A DNA stretch of 32,000 nt, taken from positions 1,590,001-1,622,000 of the forward strand of contig CP006868.1 in NCBI GenBank assembly GCA_025340205.1, given 5' to 3'. The DNA comes from Ignicoccus pacificus DSM 13166. Its GTDB lineage: Archaea > Thermoproteota > Thermoprotei_A > Sulfolobales > Ignicoccaceae. This document shows positions 17,688 through 24,565 of the stretch, piece by piece. The notes beneath the pieces are model-generated. The model saw only the letters and a program-made list of their open reading frames with translations. It had not been told where the DNA came from and made no database searches. The position numbers were made by a program, and so were the translations under genes. Every line of letters starts with the position of its first letter. Position 1 is the first letter of the stretch.

Positions 17688-18934
17688 AGCCCATGATGAG
17701 CGAACCCGTATGCGACCGCGCATCCAGGTTCCAAGCGTTTGCACAAGAACCTTCTCATTTTCTCTATGGTACCCCTATAGGGACCCTCCAAATGGAGCTT
17801 TCTTCCCTCTACAGGGAATAATTCCACTTCACTCATGTCCACAATTTCTAGTTTTCGGAGCGCCATCGCTCTATAGCCGCATCTCTTACACCTCCTCGTT
17901 AACGTTCTCCTTCCCATGCTAACCATCGGAGCGCCGCATCTAGGACATCGAGGCGCTCTTTCGTTTACTAAAATTCCTCTCGTTATCTTCATCTTTGAAA
18001 TCGATTTGACATTAGGCTTATTTATTACATTTATTTCCATATCGAGCAATATTCTATTATACCTCATAAATCTTCTTAATAGCTTCGTTAAGCCTGTTTC
18101 TTTAAATAACATGTAGTCATTGAGTTTCACATCTTCACCGATCTCAACGATCTCTTCTTCAGTTATCTTGACTCTCTTTTTACCGAAGTCATAAGTGTAC
18201 ATCTCTTCGAGCTCTCGAGGATCATAGCTGTGTTGATTTGTACGAAAAATTACCGCCATCGAAGGTCTTTCGCCCACTATCAGCTTAGCTAGAGATACTA
18301 TAGCGGCCGTATTCCTTCCCCTAATTCCATAGAGAACGGGATCGTCGCCTCTAGGACAGATTATTGGACCGGAGCTTTCGTGAACCAACGGATATAGATG
18401 ATCATGTAACATCTCGAAAAGAGGATGGAAATAACACTTTCTTCTACCGCTAGCATCCGGATCTCGATAAGCTAACATCTCGAAGTTGGGAACGTCGCTT
18501 AAAGTAGTGGACATAGAGGCTAACGCACCCACCAATGCCCTCTCACTACCTTCCCATAGTACTCCCTTCTCTTGAACGATGAGCTTGACGTCTCGAGGGT
18601 CTACTACCCTCTCAACGGCTTTCAAGTAGAAGTCCCTGCTAAGCCACCCTTCGGATACAGCTATCGCTCCTCTTCTGACGCGCTGCATGAAATCCCTCAA
18701 GAAGTGCTTCGACTCCTCGAACACCTCTTGGGGCTCTCCGTTCACTTCAAAAGCTATGGAAGCGTTACCTCTGGTCTTCCATGGAACGCTCGGGTTTAGC
18801 CTGACTAGGCGAGGGAAGTCTTGAACCTCGAACCCTTTCTTATGTAGGTGTATCATAAGGAGGGATGCGACGTGAGTGGTGCATCCGGCTCTGGGTAAAT
18901 CGAAACTGTCGAGAGAAACGACGGTCATCTTCAC
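17684..18934 (-). CDS. tiaS: tRNA(Ile2) 2-agmatinylcytidine synthetase TiaS
   Basis: GCTTHVA...FPRLVRLNPSVPWKTRGNASIAFEV, DPVLYGIRG, and the C-terminal zinc ribbon CPRCGAPM...CKRCGY match my recollection of Archaeoglobus TiaS. Start is GTG 18934 or ATG 18928. Confidence 0.85.
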   Translation of the reverse strand: MKMTVVSLDSFDLPRAGCTTHVASLLMIHLHKKGFEVQDFPRLVRLNPSVPWKTRGNASIAFEVNGEPQEVFEESKHFLRDFMQRVRRGAIAVSEGWLSRDFYLKAVERVVDPRDVKLIVQEKGVLWEGSERALVGALASMSTTLSDVPNFEMLAYRDPDASGRRKCYFHPLFEMLHDHLYPLVHESSGPIICPRGDDPVLYGIRGRNTAAIVSLAKLIVGERPSMAVIFRTNQHSYDPRELEEMYTYDFGKKRVKITEEEIVEIGEDVKLNDYMLFKETGLTKLLRRFMRYNRILLDMEINVINKPNVKSISKMKITRGILVNERAPRCPRCGAPMVSMGRRTLTRRCKRCGYRAMALRKLEIVDMSEVELFPVEGRKLHLEGPYRGTIEKMRRFLCKRLEPGCAVAYGFAHHGL

Positions 18935-19179
18935 TTCTGGAAGTGTTTACCTTCGATAGCTATCAAGGTAAGGGTTGATCTTACTCCATTCATATTTCTT
19001 ATCTCCTTGGTAATTACGTCGTTTAACTGATGGAGGCTAGGGGCTTCAAGCTTGGCGACTATGTCGAAAGTTCCATAAGTGATGTAGGCCTCTCTAACTT
19101 CCTTTATCTTCTTCAGCTTCTCGAAAACCTCTACCTCCTTTCCAATATCCGTGTTTATAAGTATTATAGCTACTGCCAT
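18931..19179 (-). CDS. Stand-alone RAM domain protein (Lrp/AsnC ligand-binding domain only, no HTH)
   Basis: MAVAIILINTDIGKEVEVFEKLKKIKEVREAYITYGTFDIVAKLEAPS...VRSTLTLIAIE is a classic RAM/ACT-like pattern. ATG 19179 is preferred over GTG 19191. Its stop overlaps the tiaS GTG (GTGA). Confidence 0.7.
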   Translation of the reverse strand: MAVAIILINTDIGKEVEVFEKLKKIKEVREAYITYGTFDIVAKLEAPSLHQLNDVITKEIRNMNGVRSTLTLIAIEGKHFQK

Positions 19180-19204
19180 CCCGCACCCCACAGAACATGC
19201 CTAG

Positions 19205-19220
19205 TTTTATTTATAAAATT
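19205..19220. promoter_or_regulatory. Shared AT-rich TATA element (ttttatttataaaatt) between the divergent RAM-tiaS and pheA units
   Basis: Centre near 19212. The pheA ATG (19246) and the RAM ATG (19179) each lie about 33 nt away on opposite strands. Confidence 0.5.
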
Positions 19221-19245
19221 CGGGGGCGAGGAGTGGGGCACGTCT

Positions 19246-20190
19246 ATGGATGAGCGCGTTGAGAGACTACTAAAGTTAGCTATAGAGATTTCGAGAAATC
19301 CGCCCGAGGAAGGGATAACCGGAAGCGTTCCGCGCGAGCTCGAGCCTCTGGTAAAGTGGCTGAACTCCTTGGCTCATAGAAAGAGAAAAGTTGCCTACCT
19401 CGGTCCACCCGGTAGCTATACCCACGAGGCTTCTACATACCTCTTCCCAGAAGAGCGTAACACCTTAGTACCTAAAAGAACAATAAGTGAGGTATTTGAC
19501 AGCGTAGCGAAAGGAGAGTCTGATTTTGGCGTGGTCCCGATAGCCAATAAGCTAGAAGGACCGGTAAACGAGACCATAGATAACTTACTCTTTCATGAGG
19601 TACATGTGGTTAAGAGCATCGAAATACCTATAAGGATAGTCTTAGGTAGTGGCACAGTCAATAGGATAGAGGAAATAAAGAAGGTTTATGGTCATCCCAT
19701 GATCTTCGGTCAAGCGACGAAACTTCTATCCAGACTCAGGGTTCCAACCATAGCAACGACCAGCACCTCGGAAGCCGCCAAAATAGCTAGCGAGGAAGAT
19801 GGAGCAGCGGCTCTATGTAGCCCTATGGCAGCCCGATTGTATAACTTGAAGGTGCTGCTGGATTCCGTAGAGGACTACCCTAGCAATAGCACGAGGTTCT
19901 TCGTGATTGGCAAAGAGTTGCTAAAAGATGGATCATATACTGCCCTTCTCACTTCAGTACCCCATAAACCGGGTGGACTCTATCACTTCTTAGAACCATT
20001 CGCTTCAAAAAACGTGAACTTAACGATGATATATTCGAGGCCTATGAAGGGTTATCCATGGAACTTCGTGTTCTATATAGAAATGGAGGGATCTATCGAG
20101 GAACTGAGAGAAGTGCTCGAAGAGGCAAAGAGGAGGTCCATGTTCTTGAAGGTGCTCGGAAGTTACAACATGCTTGAGGTCAGGAGATGA
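19246..20190 (+). CDS. pheA: Prephenate dehydratase with C-terminal ACT domain
   Basis: KVAYLGPPGSYTHEA, NSTRFFVIG (TRF motif), ACT region LLTSVPHKPGGLYHFL...IYSRP. The track ORF from 19030 is an antisense read-through of the RAM gene. ATG 19246 follows the TATA box. Confidence 0.88.
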   Translation: MDERVERLLKLAIEISRNPPEEGITGSVPRELEPLVKWLNSLAHRKRKVAYLGPPGSYTHEASTYLFPEERNTLVPKRTISEVFDSVAKGESDFGVVPIANKLEGPVNETIDNLLFHEVHVVKSIEIPIRIVLGSGTVNRIEEIKKVYGHPMIFGQATKLLSRLRVPTIATTSTSEAAKIASEEDGAAALCSPMAARLYNLKVLLDSVEDYPSNSTRFFVIGKELLKDGSYTALLTSVPHKPGGLYHFLEPFASKNVNLTMIYSRPMKGYPWNFVFYIEMEGSIEELREVLEEAKRRSMFLKVLGSYNMLEVRR

Positions 20191-20810
20191 GGTCCGTGAC
20201 CGCAGGGAACTCCTCATCGTTGCGGCTAGGTGCTGGCTCTTCATCCCTCGTGGCTGGCATAGACATGGCCGTTAGAAAGAAGCCTGCTTTATGCGTACTT
20301 AGAGGAAGAATCATAGAGTACCTAGGATTCATTGACACCAACCTCATCCCTTCCTTCCTCTCTGGACTAGGCGTTCGGATAGCGGCCATCGATTCCCCTT
20401 TCTCACTCCCTTCAGAAGGCGTTTGGAGGGAGGTGGACCTAATAGGAAAGAGAATTGGATTAAAACTACTTCCTCCCGGATGGAAGGGAATGAGAAGGTT
20501 AGTCGTCGAGACCTTAAAGCTTCTCGAGGAACTTCGAAGAAGGGGAATAGTTACTATAGAAACCTTTCCAAGTGGTATAGAATCTGACTGCACATTCTAC
20601 TACATAGATCATAAGCAATACCCAAACAAGGACCTCTTAGATTCGTGTCTGGCGGCGACTGCTGCCCTAGGTTATGTCTTAGGGGAGGCTCTCTCGCTGT
20701 GGGCGGAAGACGGGGAAATAATTCTACCATCGAGATGCGTCAAGCTTCCTAGGGCTCCTCGCTTTGGCCCCTCCTCATCCCTCAGAGTCAGGAGGCGGCT
20801 TGTGAGGTAA
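20187..20810 (+). CDS. Predicted RNase-H-fold nuclease (DUF429/COG2410-like)
   Basis: LVAGIDMA...(about 40 aa)...IAAIDSPFSLP fits the first-strand Asp and the AIDAPL-like motif of that family. ATG overlaps the pheA stop (ATGA) with aggag upstream. An alternative GTG exists at 20250. Confidence 0.5.
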   Translation: MRSVTAGNSSSLRLGAGSSSLVAGIDMAVRKKPALCVLRGRIIEYLGFIDTNLIPSFLSGLGVRIAAIDSPFSLPSEGVWREVDLIGKRIGLKLLPPGWKGMRRLVVETLKLLEELRRRGIVTIETFPSGIESDCTFYYIDHKQYPNKDLLDSCLAATAALGYVLGEALSLWAEDGEIILPSRCVKLPRAPRFGPSSSLRVRRRLVR

Positions 20811-20825
20811 AAGCTCACAAGCCGC
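20795..20825 (+). promoter_or_regulatory. Perfect 12-bp GC-rich hairpin (gcggcttgtgag / ctcacaagccgc, 7-nt loop gtaaaag) enclosing the stop codon of the preceding gene
   Basis: I verified all 12 pairs as Watson-Crick by position (20795-20806 with 20814-20825). TAA 20808-20810 lies in the loop. Confidence 0.5.
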
Positions 20826-20888
20826 TCCTCAAGTCATTGCCAACCGGGGAAGTTGGAAGGAAGAAATAAGTTCTTAGGAAGGCATATA

Positions 20889-21437
20889 ATGATTAAGGGT
20901 AAGTACGTAGACATGATTTTAGAGGGACGAAAGACAACTACCATAAGGTTAGGAAAGTGGATACCTAAGTTCGATGAAGTAACATTTCATGGGGGAGGAA
21001 GGCCGTTTGCTATAGCAAGGATCGTTAACGTAAGGTATAAGAGGGTTAGCGAGTTGACCGACGAGGACGCTAGGAAAGACGGTCTCAAGAACAAGGAGGA
21101 TTTAATAAAGGAACTTAAGAGAGTCTATGAAAACCTACGACCCGATGACTATGTCACTATAATAGAATTCGATGTAATTAAAAAATTGACAGAATTGGAT
21201 GTGAAGGATCCGTACATGGGTCTAAAGCCTGTAGAAATTGCGCGCTTAGCATTGCGTTACCTAGACTTAAACCCCAATGAGAGAAAGATATTGAGAACTT
21301 TGACTCAAACGGGAAGCTTGAGAGAAGCCGCGATAAGGCTTTACGGTTCCGTAGAAGCACGTTGGAGGGTACGTAAAGTCCTCAAACGCGCGCTCCATGA
21401 GCTAGTTAGGAAAGGGATAATAGGCCCAAGAAGCTGA
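20889..21437 (+). CDS. ASCH (PUA-like) domain protein fused to a C-terminal helix-turn-helix
   Basis: MIKGKYVDMILEGRKTTTIRLG...VTIIEFDV is ASCH-like. The C-terminus LNPNERKILRTLTQTGSLREAAIRLYGSVEARWRVRKVLKRALHELVRKG resembles a GerE/LuxR-type HTH. The ORF is open from TTG 20853. Confidence 0.65.
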   Translation: MIKGKYVDMILEGRKTTTIRLGKWIPKFDEVTFHGGGRPFAIARIVNVRYKRVSELTDEDARKDGLKNKEDLIKELKRVYENLRPDDYVTIIEFDVIKKLTELDVKDPYMGLKPVEIARLALRYLDLNPNERKILRTLTQTGSLREAAIRLYGSVEARWRVRKVLKRALHELVRKGIIGPRS

Positions 21438-21461
21438 CCAGGCGATTCGGGATGGTTAAGG

Positions 21462-21471
21462 TTATTTTATC
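21462..21471 (+). promoter_or_regulatory. TATA-like box (ttattttatc) upstream of the SpeH-type gene
   Basis: Lies about 35 nt upstream of ATG 21502 in a 64-nt spacer. Confidence 0.4.
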
Positions 21472-21501
21472 TACAGTGACACCGCGAGGCGGTAGGCGAT
21501 A

Positions 21502-21948
21502 ATGAGCGCACTGAAGGAGAGTAACATAGTGGAGGAACTGACGAAGAGAAAGGGGGACAGGATCGTCGGACGCCATGTCTACGGTAACTTGCATGGTATA
21601 GACCCAGCGAAGCTATGGGACGAGAAGGCGTTGAGAGAGATGATAATCAAGGCAGCAGAAGAAGCCAACATGAAGCTGGTGGAAGTGAAGTCGTGGAAAT
21701 TCGAAGGCTATCACGGAGGAGTATCCGTAATAGCCCTCGTAATCGAAAGTCATATAACGATACATACTTGGCCTGACTACGAGTACGCTACCGTGGACGT
21801 CTACACATGTGGCGACGAAGGCGATCCTTGGAAGGCGTTCTATTACATAGTAAAGACACTACAACCAGAAGACTACGTGGTCCATTACGCTGATCGCAGC
21901 AGCATGCCCAAGAGACCTCGAGGAGGTCTAAACGCCCTAACCCAATAA
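21502..21948 (+). CDS. Pyruvoyl-dependent SpeH-family decarboxylase proenzyme (S-adenosylmethionine decarboxylase, or the crenarchaeal arginine decarboxylase paralogue)
   Basis: Self-cleavage/active-site string VIESHITIHTWPDYEYATVDVYTCG. 148 aa. Confidence 0.88.
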   Translation: MSALKESNIVEELTKRKGDRIVGRHVYGNLHGIDPAKLWDEKALREMIIKAAEEANMKLVEVKSWKFEGYHGGVSVIALVIESHITIHTWPDYEYATVDVYTCGDEGDPWKAFYYIVKTLQPEDYVVHYADRSSMPKRPRGGLNALTQ

Positions 21949-22559
21949 TCCTTCAAGACTTTGTTTTGGAGGAGTAGTACTTCAATTACCTCGTCCTCAA
22001 AAGGCGTTACCTTAATGTGTCTCCAAGTGTACGTGGGCGAACTCAGCGGCTCCTCACTATGACTAACGGTCACCGCGTAGATCATCGGCATTCCATACTC
22101 CCTATACCACTCCTCACCCAAATCTACAACCTCATAGCCGCTTTTGCTCGATATTCTCCTAGCCTCATCACCTATGTATAGTAGTGCATCTGCTTTGCTA
22201 GGATCAGCTACCAACTTTATTCTTTTTCCCTTTTTATTTAAGTACCAGAGTGCTAACGTAAAACCAGTATGGGACTGAGGCACCCTCCAGAGTTTCATAA
22301 TCTCCTTCCACTTTCTTATAATTAGTATCACGTTCTCCACTTTCCCATTAGACATTACCACGGGAGAACCGAGCTTAGGGAAGAACCCGAGGGTTCTAGC
22401 AGCTACGCTTGAAATGAGGGAGACGTGAACTTCATTTAAGAGATAGAGCCAGAGAGTTATGAGTGGATCTCCCTTTACTACGTCGAATCCTCTTTCCCTG
22501 AAGTATTTAATCAGCTTCTTTGTATATTCGTAACCGATTATTGCTATTCGCTCGCTCAT
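21885..22559 (-). CDS. MqnA/DUF178-family (chorismate-dehydratase-like, periplasmic-binding-protein fold) protein, short form
   Basis: VHVSLISSVAARTLGFFPKLG, ADALLYIGDEARR and VVDLGEEWYREYGMPMIYAVTV parallel MqnA strings (DVALVSSVAY, DAALLIGDDAL, DLGELW..TGLPFVFAVW). The 3' end overlaps the SpeH-type gene by 64 nt. Confidence 0.55.
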   Translation of the reverse strand: MSERIAIIGYEYTKKLIKYFRERGFDVVKGDPLITLWLYLLNEVHVSLISSVAARTLGFFPKLGSPVVMSNGKVENVILIIRKWKEIMKLWRVPQSHTGFTLALWYLNKKGKRIKLVADPSKADALLYIGDEARRISSKSGYEVVDLGEEWYREYGMPMIYAVTVSHSEEPLSSPTYTWRHIKVTPFEDEVIEVLLLQNKVLKDYWVRAFRPPRGLLGMLLRSA

Positions 22560-22588
22560 GCTAGGTCGCTAATAGGGTAGTAACCTCA

Positions 22589-22627
22589 GTTTATTTTTGG
22601 GGTATCTATCCAAAGTGATCTGGAGGG
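22589..22627 (+). promoter_or_regulatory. TATA-like box (gtttatttttgg, 22589-22600) and Shine-Dalgarno ggaggg (22622-22627) upstream of the 371-aa gene
   Basis: The AT box is about 40 nt and the GGAGG 7 nt upstream of ATG 22634. Confidence 0.45.
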
Positions 22628-22633
22628 TAGTCT

Positions 22634-23749
22634 ATGAACAAGAGGGTACTGGTAGGTCTACTACTAATTTCCATGACCATATTCGCCGCTAACGCAACCG
22701 TATACCTCAAGGTAGTTAACAATAAAGTAGAGCTTTGCAAAATGGAGGTAAAGGGAACGTATTCTGGAACCACCATAAATAAGAACGTACTAAAGTCCAG
22801 TTTGAAGCTTAATTCAATAATTACTGAGGGTAACGGTGTCGTAAAGGAGAAAATCTCCACTAGTGGATCAAGCGAACTGAAAGCTTCATTGTTAAAGAGA
22901 GGTTCCTTAAAGCTTAACTTCTCTCTACGCTCCAATGCAACCGCTGCTGACTTGGGCATAAGGATCAGAGGCAGCGTATTAGTAAGCCTCATCTACGTCA
23001 GAAACAGCGATTTGAAGATAAATATAATACTTAACAAGAATTCCGAAAAAGGTTTAGTCAAGATAACAGGCTTCGTCGGTCTAACGACTCCAGTAACCGT
23101 AGTAAAGAACCTACTTAAGGTTCAAGTACCGAAGATAAAGAAGCAGATGGAGGAACATGGAGTTAAGATAATAAAATTTGATTACAAGGTGACCGGGAAG
23201 AAGGTACCACCGATGACCAGAGTTGATGTGGACATAGAGGTAGAGGTTAGCAAGGATAGCCTAAAGAGCGCTCTCGATAACTTCGGACTCGGATATCTAA
23301 CCGGCTATCTAGAGGTGAAGGACAACATCACCAGGATCATAACAGGCAATGCAACCGCCCTCGCTAGAGTTAAGAGTATAACCGTCAACGACATCCCCGA
23401 GTTCTTCACCACCGTAACCTTCAAGGCTGAGGCCTTAGGTAAGTACTATAACACTACAGTGGTTCATGAGCTTCGTAACAGACTGAAGTTCTTCAATAAG
23501 ATACTCAACATAACTTCCATATCGGACTACCTTCTAAGCACCACTAAGGCATCCTCCAGCGTTACCGCTAATTATGAAAAGGGTAAGGCTTCTGCCATAG
23601 CTCAGTTCCAAGGAGTATACTTCAAGGATTCGCCAGCATTCTGGAAGTCTGTGTTTGATATAGCCAAGAAGGAGAATGTCAAAGTACTGGTAACTTGTCC
23701 TTCCGGAAGCACTAAGACTCTGACAGCGCCAACCAATCCGTGTAAGTGA
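22634..23749 (+). CDS. Hypothetical secreted glycoprotein candidate (371 aa), orphan
   Basis: Signal-like N-terminus MNKRVLVGLLLISMTIFAANA. Six N-x-S/T sequons. Ser/Thr/Lys/Val-rich beta-type composition. Cys pair at the extreme C-terminus (TCPSG...NPCK). AT-rich. Confidence 0.55.
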   Translation: MNKRVLVGLLLISMTIFAANATVYLKVVNNKVELCKMEVKGTYSGTTINKNVLKSSLKLNSIITEGNGVVKEKISTSGSSELKASLLKRGSLKLNFSLRSNATAADLGIRIRGSVLVSLIYVRNSDLKINIILNKNSEKGLVKITGFVGLTTPVTVVKNLLKVQVPKIKKQMEEHGVKIIKFDYKVTGKKVPPMTRVDVDIEVEVSKDSLKSALDNFGLGYLTGYLEVKDNITRIITGNATALARVKSITVNDIPEFFTTVTFKAEALGKYYNTTVVHELRNRLKFFNKILNITSISDYLLSTTKASSSVTANYEKGKASAIAQFQGVYFKDSPAFWKSVFDIAKKENVKVLVTCPSGSTKTLTAPTNPCK

Positions 23750-24558
23750 GGCATTTGTTTTTTGAAACCGCTCGTAACATTCAACATCGGCGACATTCCT
23801 TGAAGGGTGAACTAATCGACCTCTCACGCGCTCCTGGAAGAAAACTAGGTAGCTTCGATCTGGTACTACTACCAGTAGGGTCTCTAGAGTACCATGGTCC
23901 TCACCTACCCCTAACTACCGACACCATGATAGCTGAGGGCTTCGCTAGAAGGGTTGGAGAGATCCTTGCCGAAAAGGGATTTAGAATAGCCCTACTACCC
24001 TCAATAAATTACGGTTATACGTGGAGTCTTCGCCACCATGACGGTACCGCGTCCGTAGATCCTCACGTACTATCTACCATGGTTCAAGAAATACTCGTAA
24101 GCTTAGCGAACGCTAGATTTTCCAAGTTCTTGATAATCAACGGACATGGAGGTAACAAGGAACCATTGGAGGTGGCCGTGAAAGAGGCTCTCCTTAGGTT
24201 AGGAGCTGGTATCTCAATAGGATTCCTCTCATGGTGGGAATACTTAGAGAAGGAGGATCTCGATGAGCTCCTTCCAGGAGCCATTCCGTCTCATGCATGT
24301 GAAGTGGAGACTAGCTTAATGTTCTACCTTTGTGAAGATTGTGTGGACTTAAACGAAGTAGAGCCTGTACCTCTAGGTAAAAGAACGATGCTAAGGTCTA
24401 TTGAAGATGCAAGGAGAACCTTCAGCAAAGGCTACTTAGGTAACCCCTCCAGAGCCTCGAAAGAGATAGGCGAGAGACTGTTCGAGAGGGTGGCGAACAG
24501 GATATCCTCAAGGCTTGTGGAGGAACTAAAGGAGAAGGAAATGCATGGAATAGAGTAA
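23746..24558 (+). CDS. Creatininase-family metal amidohydrolase (archaeal members include the riboflavin/F420 pathway deformylase ArfB)
   Basis: LLPVGSLEYHGPHLPLTTD, INGHGGN and HACEVETS are the family metal-ligand motifs. The GTG start overlaps the upstream stop (GTGA). An alternative TTG exists at 23800. Confidence 0.8.
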   Translation: MRHLFFETARNIQHRRHSLKGELIDLSRAPGRKLGSFDLVLLPVGSLEYHGPHLPLTTDTMIAEGFARRVGEILAEKGFRIALLPSINYGYTWSLRHHDGTASVDPHVLSTMVQEILVSLANARFSKFLIINGHGGNKEPLEVAVKEALLRLGAGISIGFLSWWEYLEKEDLDELLPGAIPSHACEVETSLMFYLCEDCVDLNEVEPVPLGKRTMLRSIEDARRTFSKGYLGNPSRASKEIGERLFERVANRISSRLVEELKEKEMHGIE

Positions 24559-24565
24559 GGTTTTC

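Noticed and set aside
19030-19245. The 72-codon N-terminal extension of the pheA ORF in the track.
   Set aside because: It is the antisense of the RAM-domain gene and the promoter region. The conserved dehydratase begins after ATG 19246, which is correctly spaced from a strong TATA box.
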